A stretch of 64,000 bases of DNA. Source: Fimbriosthenelais zetlandica. Its lineage: Eukaryota. Positions 1-13,320 of the stretch are shown in pieces. The DNA is taken from the NCBI GenBank assembly GCA_977030845.1, contig OZ365111.1, positions 11,470,001 to 11,534,000 of the forward strand, written 5' to 3'. The translations under genes were made by a program, and so were the position numbers. The notes beneath the pieces are model-generated. The model saw only the letters and a program-made list of their open reading frames with translations, searched no databases and was not told the origin of the DNA. Position 1 is the stretch's first letter. Each line of letters opens with the position of its first letter.

Positions 1-3000
1 TTAATGCATACATGTTATTCCCCCAAAAAGATGTAAGAGCCTTATTGTTATAGTATACTTGTCATATTATTCTTTTCAATGACTTATTTTGAGGCAGGAC
101 TCTTTCATGAATTCCTTGTCAACCCTTGTACAAAGTAAGGTTAAATTCTTTCATGAAATATCGCATTGAACAATGTAAACAAAAGAAATTATTTTCATCT
201 CAATGTTTGCTCTCATAAGATTGTCCCTTTCTGCTTCCCGTCAATGGACGAGGCCTATTTTCTGATATCCGGCCCGTATGGATAAAGTAAGTGTTCCATG
301 CCTTTGGCATTAAGTGTTCCCATTGTCCTCTTAAAATGTATAGTGCATGTCAGCCTGAGAAAATAATGCCTGAAAACCCAGGTGTGGTACATTTCTCCAG
401 GGCAAATGTGGTATCAACATTCAATGTATTTCTTACAAACTGTGATGTGAATGTAAGGGATAGGTAGCCTACCATACAGGTCTGTAACCGACATCATTAA
501 CACTGATCACACTGATTGGTGGTTATATTAAACATGGTCTACTTCCCTGCTAACCCGATTCCTCAGAACATGATCTCCATATTGCTACCACCCAAAATAA
601 TTATTAAAGAGGTACTCGGTCATTGAACCAAATTTACTCCGACAAATAACAGTTTTTTTTGTTTGCATTGATTCAAGATTCGGAGCTTGGATTTCCAGTT
701 GTCAGGTGCATCATTGCCAAAAGGCATGGTCCTATACTTGCCATATATATATCAAATTCCTTCGATCAATGATCAGAAAAATTTCCCAGGTGCCATATTC
801 ATCGGGACAGGACATATTGCACGTGTCCCAACAGAACATTGATTTTGTCGATACTTGCCTGTGTGCGGCCAGAATGATCAACATCTAACAAGATTTAGAG
901 TAACAACCCTTCAGTCAATTTCCTTGTCGACACCAATCTCATTGCCCTGGCTCTATACAAGAGTCTGAGATGCTTGACTAAGAATTCGGTCATACATAAA
1001 ACACTTGTCAGGCTCCACTGTACCCAATGGCCTCGCCTCAAAGAATACACACTGAACACTCATTCCAAATGATCTATGATGCTCTGAACATCGGTCCACT
1101 GGACACTACTAAGCTGAGTTTGTAGGTAGAGGCCAAGGCAGGCCACTAGTAGGCACAGCTGACCCTTAATCCTTGACCGAGATTTGTGCTTTCAGACCAA
1201 AAGGTGAACAAGGGAGAAAGGGCCGTTAATTGTGAGTGTACGTGCACCTGCTTTACCCACCCAGGAGGACGAGGGAATGGACTGAGGGCATTGCGAAGGC
1301 CATGCAGTGGTGTGGGCAATTTTGTCTTTTCCTTTCCTAAATGCAGTGATGTGGACATTCACATTCCAGGCTTCACTTCTTTGTGCCCTCGCCTTGACCA
1401 TTGTTGCATGACAATCACCTGAAACCCATCTCCGGCCCTTTGTCAAAAACCCACTCCAGGGCATCGACTGTGATTTAGTTTTTTTGAAATAATACCTTGG
1501 ATCATTGAAGGCGGTCGTTGACATCAGGTGCCCCAATTATTGCACTTGCCATTGGCAGGTCTTAATCATGTGGGGCCGGATGGTGGAAGTGTTCCCATAA
1601 ATCTCCCCACTCGAGGACTTTTAATTTCTCGAGAAGCATGGGGGCAGCCGGCCCATATTGTTGTGGATTATTAAAATGAAGCAAGGGGTGCACACAGATT
1701 AATCAATGCATCAGGTCCCAGGCCCAAATATGAATCACTTTCATTGGTAAGCATGAAAGGCAAATGCACTGCTTGAACTTGCCAGGATCTGCTGCCTTTC
1801 AGAGTGGTTACACCTTTTCTCTTTACAGAGATGCTTACTGATAAGCCTTGAGAGAAGGCCTTTGCATGAGATATAGGAACCCCATCTGCCTTATCACTTT
1901 GCCAATGCTGCTGTCGTTTAGCTTGCCCTTGCGCCTCTGCAGGTCCTTTGAAGAAGGGTGAGGATGGTCGAGTGCATGGAAAGAAGCGTGTGTGAAAGGC
2001 ATACACGGTGACATTATAACTCCCAGCTGAGTGCCTTTCTAGAGGGCTTGAATTTTCTGGTTAGATCTAAGTTTCTTATAATTAAGGTACCTTATCGATT
2101 CCTTTGAAGACTCTATGCAATAGGAAGCCCTCCTGTCTGTATTGGACCGAATATGATGTCCACAGATGTGCTTAAGGTCAAGGTCTGAATATTGCATGGA
2201 ACAGTATCCCTTAATTTCCAATATTGGCCCTAACATGACAAAACGCTCATGTTCTGTTTGATTAATTATAAACTTGAATGTCAGAGGTGACTTGGTAAGG
2301 AAAAGTCTTTGTATGTGCATGGGACCTTTTTTCTCCCATACATTTCATCCAGGACTTCAATCTACATGCTGCTCTTTATCCTAATGGCATATATCATGTC
2401 GATTCTTTCCGAGACTTTTCCAAGATTCATTTGATTCCTTTGGCAATGGCTGAAAAAGGCTAGAACTGTCATCATAATTATATTGAAGGTGTATAACATA
2501 CTGACATTCAGATATATATGCCACTGGGTTTGGTCTTCATCCGACTCTTAGAGACATGGTTTTAAATTTTATTCGGTAACACATTGATTCTGACTTTTAA
2601 ATTTTGCCGCCACTTTGCTCAACATTGAAGCAAGAGGTGAAGATGGCTGGTTATGGTTAAATCGTTGAACCTTTTGTTCTTTTTCCTCTTGCCTTCACAA
2701 ATTGTTGCATTATGGGTGTAATGTGATCGCCTTCAGCTTTCGTAGAGGTTGCCTGCATCCGCGGTGTAGATCCTTGCACTATTACCAACCTAACCCAGTA
2801 TCTTAACAGGTGTGAATTTGTCGAGCAGTATGTTACAGTTACTGTAGGTCTATACAGAGATTTGTGTGAGCCTGGCCAGTACCTCGTAATGATATCAATA
2901 ATTGCCTCTATGTTTTACCCACTTAATTTGTAAGTACTTGAACCTTCTACCTGTAGTGTCATCTGTTACCAATTGACTGACATATTTTTGCATGATCAGT

Positions 3001-5694
3001 ATTTATCGGGTGTCATCTAGGTCAACCAAACTGTTCTTCATCTGATATAGATATCGGTCTAATAGAGGCTACCTGTGCAGAATCTGAAGCAGTATTTATA
3101 CTGATGGCTGGATGCACCAATAGAGGCAATTACAGATAGCATTATAGTTTCCCCACTTAACACCAGTCATTGTCAATGGCACTTTAAGGAGTCACTTATA
3201 TTTCCGCTTCCTGTCCCACCAGTCAAATTGTATGGGTATTGTAGGGTACCCAAGGACGTTGATATAAATAACACGGCTGATTTTAAGGACATCCCTGTGC
3301 AATTACTGTGAGAAGAACTGAATGTTAAAGGCATGTCATCCAAAGTGGAAAGGGGAGATTATACACCTTTAGGAAAGGTGAACCGTTTGTGTATTCCCCA
3401 CTTCCAACCTATGGCAATACGTAGAAACCGGAAGTAGCCATGTCTTCATCTGAAGTTCAATTGGAGGTTCTTGGAGGTTTTTCTTCATACACTAGGTGGC
3501 AGGGTAATTTCGATTTTGGCTATCTGTAATTGCCTCTGTTAACTCTATTCATATTTGAGTGATTTTCCCAAGAAACTCCCGGTGGTTATCAGGTGGTTAA
3601 GGGAATTTCATTGGCGCAACTCACCTGGATGACAATGCCGATGTCATTTGAGAATAATAATTATTTATATCACAACTTGGCTTGTTATTGCATTCCCGAT
3701 ACTTTGATCTGGCCCTTGCGTTTTATTGACCAAAATCACACGTAAAATCTGCAATTATCATGTAAACAGAATCGAAGCGAGGGAAGATTTAATTAATGGA
3801 CATATTTCATCAAGTTTTGGGGTCGAAGTTGTGATATAAATATGGAATACGACGAGACGTTGATCTGTGAGAGCTGATGGGTCGCACAAAGGGTGCAGAT
3901 AATCGCGAGTGGCTTGCCTTTTGGAATGAATTTGCAACTGTGCTGGCAAATAATCACCCGCTGTATACCTACAATATCGAACAGTTCGCAGGTGGTCAAA
4001 ATCACATTTCGCCAGCCATTTTTTCCCTTTGACCTACTTCTTTAGATAACAGCACCCATGTACATGTGTATGTTGCTCTGGGGGTTTGTATGGTCAATTG
4101 GATGGATGGAAGGATGGGAGGGGCCCATGACCTATCATAGCACAAAGCTATACATCGAACAAACCTCTCCCATTACTGCTTCCTGTACATTTCACCCCAT
4201 GGAACCAGAGCAATCAATGACAATATATGTAACTGGTGCGATTGGCAAAGCAACCCCACTCCTCAGGGGGAGAGGACGAGAGCTTGAGGCATTGTATGTG
4301 TGAGTGGTTAGCCCCTATACTGAGTAGCCGGAGATCTCGTGGGGAAAAAGCCCGGGGTTATTCCCTGAGTTATTGATGGGATCGCCGTGGCTGGGTAACA
4401 CAGCCTGTTGACCTCTCCACGCTTGGTTTATGCTGAGACGGATTAGGGGTCAGAAACAAAGAAAAGATGGCTGCAATATCACCCGCTTCCTGAGCCAGCA
4501 CGTTCAGCATTGAAGATGCTGATGATCGATAGGCATGAAATGCCTTAAAGAAAGACGGGCCTTCTTTTCACATGGTTTGCATCCAGTGACCGCGGTCTCT
4601 TTCCTTATACTGCTATCATTTTCCAATATATATATTAGTCGATGCTTCCGCCATTTCCTTAATGTATCCATTTTGCCCAGACTATACAGCAAAACTTGAG
4701 CCACTAGGAGAAGAAATAAGATTATCAAAGTAAGACCCTAGATCCCTCAGTATTGTCCTGGGCCCCAGGGGGATGAGAAGTTGGGATGGGACTGATGACA
4801 GATTAGCCAAGGGATAGAACGCTATGGAAATTCTAATTTAGTATTGGCTCGAGCATTCCCAATAGGTAGTGCACCGATTACATTGCCTCCGTTTTATCAC
4901 CACTTTCCATTTATTACATTTATGTATACTTTTTTTCTATATCAAATACATATAACCCCTAAGCCACGAGATTAATGGGATTCATTTCCCAAAGTTGGTG
5001 TGGCATGGACACCACAGTGCTACTGAAATGATCGAACAGCTCAGTGATGGCCTCACAATAGTTCAAATTTAGCGAAACCATTTGTCATTTTAGTTGGCAA
5101 ACGATGTGCGACGACTGCTTATATTGGGGCATTGAATTGCCAGTAATCCGGCTCCGGTATCGCAATCCCCTGAGTGTTCGTGCGCAGACCCAGACCCGAA
5201 AGGCCACACCCCCAGGGGAGGGTTACCTTTTGGTTGCAACCACAGTGACCGGTAGTCACTGGAATGGTAGCGGTCAGATCTGGTCACCCATGATCCAACC
5301 TGCCTCTATTTAGCTCAATCAATTTCTATCAAGTGGGCCGAGGCTGCCAAGGTTTCTGCTTAAAAGCCCGGTCATGTGTCGCTGGTAGGTTCTGATGTTG
5401 GTGGTCCAAGGTGCAGGTGAAGGTTCTATGCATGGAAAATAGCTGACAGGATATGTTAAGATATCGGGAAAGGCTGGAGAAAACAGCCTGAAGTCCAAGA
5501 CTACATTACACACATTGAAACCCAGTAGATCATCATTTTTTCGAAGATACATGGCCTCATTCCCCCATTTCTACTAGCCCTTCCTAAATGGAAAAGACAC
5601 GTTGGAGAAAATGGGCCAAGTACTTGGCTAACTACCAAAAGAGCAGAGTTAAAAATAAACGTCCAAAGCCCTCACATTTTTTCTCCTTTCCAAC

Positions 5695-5850
5695 CTCCTG
5701 ATTGGATAGCTAAATGGGATAACGAGGGCCGAAAAACTGGGCGCTGTGTTGGGCGAGTGGTCATTGCCTCCCAGACCTGGTTAGGCCAATGAGAATAGAG
5801 AGTATGGTTGGGGTCGTGCGAAGGGCATTTTCACCGGAAGTCCGGCAGGA
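5695..5850. promoter_or_regulatory. CCAAT/ETS promoter-like motif group
   Basis: ATTGG 5701-5705, CCAAT 5786-5790 and CCGGAAGT 5834-5841. No downstream gene identified. Confidence 0.2.
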
Positions 5851-8800
5851 GATAACACCCCTGGCAGAGTGTCCTGGACTCAGATGGTCATCTGGAGTGA
5901 GCAGAGAGGCCATTCATTCCACTAAACCTGGCCCGAGATAAGCAAACACGTAGGAGCAAGGAGACCCGACCTTTTCACCAACCACCTATAGGCTGAGATT
6001 GGCAGGGACTTATGGGAGTTAGGCTATGCTTTTGGATCCCGGAAATAAACTGTGGCTTGCTTGACGGGAGAAGAAGAGGTGGTCTGAAATGTATGTTCAC
6101 CACCGTATAGCGCTTGTCCAAAATGGGTAATCCCATGCTCAAAACTACCTTTTGGTTGTTAAAAAGTTCCAGCAACAGATAATTAGGCACTTACGCATGA
6201 CACTTACTAATGCTTTTGACACCACCTCAAGTAGATGGTAGCGAGTAGCGGAAGTGGCTCCTTAAAGGAACTGCCTTCCCAGCTTTCCAAGTTCAATCAG
6301 TCTTTGTCTGACTTGTTTGTTCTATATAGTCTACTTTGGGAATTTATTCCTCTCAATTTCTGCCTTTCTTCAGTGCCAAGATCAAGAATTGAGCCTCTTA
6401 AGTATAGTATAATGAAGCTGACATTTGCTTAAGGTCAAACCAAAGAGATCTCTACCGTTCCTCACTTGATTACGACATAACCTCTTTAAAGTATTCAGTT
6501 CCTCTTGTGATTACCCAAAAGATGCCAAAATAGGTACAATTTAGCCAACCATATATATAATTAATATTTTAAAATATATGATCCCCGAAAACTTTGTGTG
6601 TGTGGAATTTCACTAATAGTTAGCCATCTGAAAGTTGTTTCCTCATTGACCTACTTATATAGTTTATTCGCACTTGCAGTACTCATCTTCAGGCGCCATA
6701 CACCTATTCACTACGCCCTTCGCTACCATAGAAATCTCTCAACCCACTAACCCAGGATAGAAAAATGCTGCGAGCCTAATGATCCTCAATTATTCTCCTA
6801 CTCTCCTAGTCTCGCCTCTCCACTGCCCATTAGTCCACAAATCCTGACAATGAGAGGCGTTTAACAATGAGACCCCCAAACTACTATTTGCTTGTGAATG
6901 TAAGCCACTGTCACCGATGTAGCTCATTACGGAGACCTGTCAACTTCCTGGGTTTACAGGTTGTACAAGTATATATACTCATCCTTGGGTCCATGGGTCT
7001 CCTAGGACTCCTCGGAGGAGGCACCGGAGGCTCCTATTAATAAGGACCTAGAAATGACTGTTTTCTTCTACTATGGATGCACGACCTGGAGCATTATGAT
7101 AATTATTATAGTGAGCATTTTTAGGATGAAGAGGATGGGTTCAGCTTCCTGTCTGAATACAGTACTTCTTGATTCCCCGTGTACTATCTGAGATGATCAT
7201 TATTAATATGGAATGTCGCATTAGATTTATTTGCCGTCCTGATCATGAATGGTTGTTTGGAAAAAAAGCCCAAAAGGAACCTATCAGCTAATTAAAATGA
7301 TTTAAAAAAAATTAGAATTCTCTAATATCAACTAATCCTGCTATGCAATATCAATGCTTAAGGTTTTTCTATTCATAGAACCTAGCATAAAAAGGAAGCT
7401 TCCATGATAGGCTCTTATCTCAGATTTAGCCTAGTCTGAGGCGTTTCAGCGCTAAATTAATAAATACATGTGTAATATACATAATATTATATACATGTAC
7501 ATTAATTTTAAGCTCTATACTATACATCCCCTCTGCACTATATTAACTACTCCTGCCTGCTTTATTACAGTCTTCCGCTATCACTGTAAAGCCCCACTCC
7601 TATATTATAAGATGAATCAAGACTTGGACAATTATGGCTTCCTCCCCTAAAGCAGTTCCTGGCCTGCTTTTCCTCAGAAACCAGGATCAGCTGCCTATGT
7701 ATATATACTTAAAGAAAAGTTGAGCCCCAAAAAGGCCAACATAATCGGCTGGGACGAAACACCTGTATACACATGCACATATATAGCTGCTAACCAGGTT
7801 GTGATATCCGCTTAATTTACAGCATTCTGCTGCTCTGATTTCAGGCAATATAATTAAACATGAAAGGCAGTTCAGCCCATGATCCCTTCACACAAATAGC
7901 AGCTGCTTCCGAACTATACACCCACCCGAAATAACGCATCTGAAGTCGAATAACTATTTTAAAATCCCCTTTAAAATCGACAAGGTTCAGATTATATTTG
8001 TATACATTTTTATTCCCAAATGATCAGAGAACAAGGCTGACATTATACCCCCATAACATAAAAACCAAAATTGGTGAAGTACTTGTGGATGCAACATAAA
8101 TATTAGATAAACGCATATATACTTCATTTGGTCTAAATGGTTGCAACATAACTAGAAAGTTAGATATTTTTTTTGCAATGCACTTGTCCCCCTCTTTCTG
8201 TACGCCCTCGACAGAGAACATTGTTGATAGCAACTGCACTGAATCAGACGGGTAATGGAGCAATCAAGCAGGGCGACCAACCATTTATGAAACAATCACT
8301 ATAAATATGAGCCTGGTCATATGCCTGTGATCTGAGAACTCCATTGCAGCCCGCATTATAATCTGACATAACTAGATATTAGATCTGAGAGGTCTAGTGC
8401 ACCCGATCTGGCTGCCTTGTTTCTTTTTTATTTTCAGGGAGGCCCCCGTTCTGAAATCAGATTTGCTCATTCAGAACTGATTGGGCCTGCCACAAACACA
8501 AGACTTCACCCAGTTTAATTACATAATGTGATAAAACAATCAATTTTGCCTCCCTCTGGGGTCTGAAATTAATGTGGCATTGAAATGTACTCTGCTCTGT
8601 TGTGTTATTTCATCATGCTGATAATGATGATGTTGGAGACCACAATGCTTTTAAGATATTTCATGTAGCAGATGTAGGGCATAAGTTGGCTGAGCAATCA
8701 TTATATCGGAAGATTTACTATCACAGCTGAATACTTCAAATGAGTAACTCGCTGAGTGGCTCTCCCACTAGTGTGAAGCACCAACGCTTCCTCAATGTGC

Positions 8801-11800
8801 GAATTAATCAATGTGCACTAATGAATGCAGCACCATCATTGGCCATACTGTTTGATTTCCCAATGTTTCTTATTATTGTCTCCAAGTACCCAATGCAGGG
8901 TTCAAAGGGTTCAAACTAATGATCCTATCGGTCATAAAGTCCATTCGCAAAGGAATCCAGATGCCTAAAGGAAGCATTTAGGATTTCACAGCCGAGTTAC
9001 TAACGTCACTCATAAATCTGGGTCAGAATAGCTGTGAGGCGTGAAAGTGTACGAGGAAGCCTGGGGTTATCAAGTGCAAACCTGACTCTACATGCTCACT
9101 CGATTTATGCAATGATTCATCCCACTGACTCTCTCCAGGCACTGTACTCGCTGGGCTTAGCACTACTGCTCTCGGACCCTGCTCCCCTAAATCCATACAA
9201 TAGGAAATGTGACTATTAGTGCTTGCCACATAAAAAATGGCAATGAACTGAAGTGGGTCACTGCAAGTGGCACAGAGTGGCTCCACACGAGCGAGAAGTA
9301 CCAGTAGGAGGTAATGATACTCACTGGGTTTTTTTTCTTTTTTCCCGTTTTTTTAATTTAAATTTCTGACGTTCCATTTTCCACGTCTTGATCGTAAAGA
9401 TGCTATAGATTTTATACAATGGAGTTTTATACCAAAACTTTCCCCTTTCTTTTTTCCGTCGAAGAATGATCGGTTATCTGATGTAAATAATAATTTTTGT
9501 TTAATATATTTATATTTAGTGTTTAAAAGAATTGAACTTAAAAAACGCTCCCGACGCATTGTTACTAGCCTCAAGAAATGAAATACCTACATACCAAGAC
9601 AGTTTATTTTTTATGAATTGGCAAAAAATCACTACATTTTGGATTATTAGCTTTAACTGAATTAATATGCCTGGTTAGAACAGGTTACATAGAGTCTTGT
9701 TACTGCAGTATTTAGGGCATATATCTCTGTTAACTGCTCTGTAATCTCCTTCCTCTTGATGAGGAAGCCATGGTTTCCTGGAAAAGGCCCTCCTCATGAC
9801 AAGCGCTGATGTCAGCTGAGCATCTGGCTTCCCTCGCCTGATTCAAACTGATCATGACATGAAACATCATACTCTTTACCTTCATCCCCTCAGATGCCAA
9901 TAGATTTTAATAGCGCCAATGAATGAATGATGGTTTTATGACGTGCTGGCAAACTTATAGGCCATCTTTATGGCGATTATGAGCTAGGATATCATGATGA
10001 TCCTTTGAAATTAGTTTCTACAAGATTCCGATGTTAAGTCAATTAACTGTCCCCAAGGTCGTCCAGATTATGAGATTTTAGATATGTCAAATTCGGTTTT
10101 AAATTATCTAACGTTCTTATTTATGCCTGCGAGATGTGTAATTCAGTAGCTACATTTACCCTGGTTGCATTTTAAATAATTCTATCAGACCTAATCTTGG
10201 AAATTATTGCTCATCACCATTTGGTCTTATCGTCATCGATGGACCATGCCCTTTTTCCCAGGAATCGGGTTCATCACTTCTTGAATTTCATTTCCCCCCA
10301 GCATTTATGACCTGACCCGCTTTGAAAAGTCATCACCCCTTGTGTTGGGTGACACTATCTGAAATAAAAGGAATAAAACGCAATAAAATTATTCCTATTG
10401 ACCGAGCATGCATTGTGCCATGCCCAATTAACAGGGTGGTGTAATCTCCCTGGAGAAGGAAACTGGTGGCAACTTTTTATGGGAGGATTCCATCATTACT
10501 ATTCGTTGCCATGACTCAGAAGGGGCTTTACCTTTTATGGTTAGCCTCTAGGATCCTTCTCATGCCCTCAATCTACCAGAAAAGCCCTAATGGATTGTAA
10601 AAAAGATCCTGTTAGTGCTCATTTGGAGCCCCTTCGTAAAACAGAGTCCAACACGTAGAATTCTATTACTCTATGGGATTTGTGTTAGGGTAATGTTATC
10701 TTTGTGCTGGGATATAAACTTTCTGTCAAATGTTTTTCTCTTCTTTATGCATCCAGGTTTTATGTTGGAGACCAGACCTCCTGGCTTCATATAGGCTATT
10801 ACTCCCTGAATTTCTCTTTATTTGAATTTCTATTCATTTTTTCCATTCTTATCTGACGTACTGTTAAGTACTTGATTGTACATGTTTCCATCCAAATACA
10901 TTCCAAAATGTCCTTGCTCTTGCTTTCCGAGGAAATAAATTACGAAAATGTTGCCATCATAGTATGTAGATCATGTATATGCAGTCAATAATGTATGATC
11001 GCCTTGGGATAACATTCATTTATACCAATAGATCCAGCAACCCAGGTGCCTGGGTTCCCCACAATTATAATAATCCTATACTGAAATGTAATGGAAAAGC
11101 AAACTTGCAAGAATTAACCTGCAACTTTCAGGCTTTTACAGTAACACAGTGAGGTGAACAGCAGCAGCAGTCCTGCTGGCAGGTGCTGTATCATCTGAAA
11201 GCAAGCGTCTAAATTAAATTTGTCAATAATGAATTAATCACACTCATAGGACTGCCACTTTAAGCAGTGTAATATCCTTTGAAGAAATTGCTCCTGCTAA
11301 TCTGTAACTCAACACCTGGCCTGCTGGTGGTGCCAGGATCCTCCACAGTGACTATATTACCACCCTTCTGTTTCATTCCACATCCTCAACCCGGCAGGCT
11401 AGGTCATTCCATCCATGCACAGTGGCTGAATTATAATCACTATATTAATAAACGGGTCAATTGGAGGGGGAGGTACGTGAATCGTATAAGCTGGTAGATA
11501 GCTGCGGATCACCAGGCTATCATTGGGCAATGGACACAGCTGGGCTGAAGCATGGTCTGATTACACAAACAGGCATTGGCTAATAACCATACATGTGCAC
11601 CTGTCTGAAATGAGTGTTTGCTTGATTTGAAATAGCATATTAAGGAATCTGATGTATTATGTGATTTATCTTTTAATATATTTCAATGACAGACACTCAA
11701 AATTAATGTTAGTCTTTTAAGCATTTAACCTTATCTCCTACGAATTTACTGTGTTTTCCCATTGCACTCAAGCCTGCAGGAGACTAGTTTGTTGAAAAGT

Positions 11801-13261
11801 GAATGTACATAGTACATTATCATAGTTTATAATTGTGACATCTCATAGATTTCTGCCCTCATTGACAGTTTTTGTCACTCTCAATTCCATATATATTTTT
11901 GTATTTTTTTTTAATTGAAATTAAACAGATACATGCCTCTGTTCAGAGTATTTTCAGTACTGTTTTTAAAATAACATATATACTGCTGCAAAACAAGTTA
12001 TACCTTTTTGAACTTGTGTCCTTGCATGAAGCCAATTGCAGACCAGTGGCAAACCATACCATTATAGGGATCCCGAGCCATTAAAATTGATCTATGGGTG
12101 GGAGGATGAGGTCCTGCAAGAGACAATATTCGGTGGTGGGGATTTCACAGACCTTGTATAAACGCCTTCTGGTGGTGGCCGGGCAATGACACGTCACGTT
12201 TGTAGGGTCATGATGAATAAGGACGTTATCAACCAGCGCCCCATCCTCACGACCACCACCTCATGGCCTGTAGAGGATAGCGCCTTTGCAGCTCACATCC
12301 CAGACCATGTGCCAAGGCCACGGCAAGAAAATACTGATAACCATATCATGTGTCTGATGTTTTCAAGCAGTAATCTGCCTATTTGACGTCATCAGAAATG
12401 TGTGATAACTTTTATGCATAAGATAGTTCGATCTGTCCTCCCTCCCGCGAGATATTCCAAATCTGCAGTGGGATTCAATTGAATCAAGTATATTTAATAT
12501 TTATGTTTTTGATTCATTTCCCAATAAATGTATGAGGCACAGAGGATATAAATATAAATCTTGATGCATATAGAACAGGGAGAAACACTTCCGCGGCACG
12601 TCAGCTTTAATCTATCATAATAGCACCGAGGCAGAACCGGGAATCTCGACATAGCGATAATGGGCCTATCCATCTTCTATGGGAATATATCACTTCTTTG
12701 GCCCAAGCCCCCACATTGGTAGGCAACACGCATTGGCCACCAAAGCAATGACCAAGAATAGTGTGACAATGCCAACAATCGAGTCTTTTTTCCGACCTCA
12801 TTGATATACTTTTTCCCTATCACCCAGTCCAAACCTGAGTGATATCCTTGGCCGTAGGTGTACATACTCTGTAATTGGTATGGAGATAAATGACTTTATA
12901 TTCATAGACTAGCCTGGGAAAAGTGGGAGGATTGATGGATGGCGATGTTAGAGGACCTCTGACTTCAGTTCCCAAGTTCCCATAACTTACAGACATAGAT
13001 ATATTGATTGTTCAATACGATGCCCGAATCAGGATTGAGAATTGAGTTTCTGGATCATCGTGCCATGAAGTTTTTTTCCGTCTCCTGCGTGATAAATCGA
13101 TCCCTTTAATATTTCATACACCGTTCAGGAGGATACATCTTGAAATACCATATATATCTCAGTGTTAGTCCTTAATATAATATATCTTTTATTCTACCCT
13201 TGGTACTGATATCCCATATCCTTAACATAGGGACTCTAATATTGGCATCAGAGTCGAATAA

Positions 13262-13320
13262 CTTTCCGGTATTGGACTATGTGACGTCACCGACATTTTC
13301 ACTGTGACGTCATGACGAAA
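13262..13320. promoter_or_regulatory. Paired CRE/ATF sites
   Basis: TGACGTCA at 13282-13289 (inside the 10-bp palindrome GTGACGTCAC) and at 13305-13312, with TTCCGG and ATTGG just upstream. Confidence 0.35.

Noticed and set aside
1841-1864. ISL..EKAF resemblance to the L1 RT motif SLDAEKAFD
   Set aside because: It needs a 4-nt deletion and the flanks do not continue the RT sequence.
4792-4835. CTGATGA...GAAA, a possible hammerhead ribozyme core (similar cases near 29484 and 63055)
   Set aside because: Stem II and flanking stems I/III do not pair in the required register.
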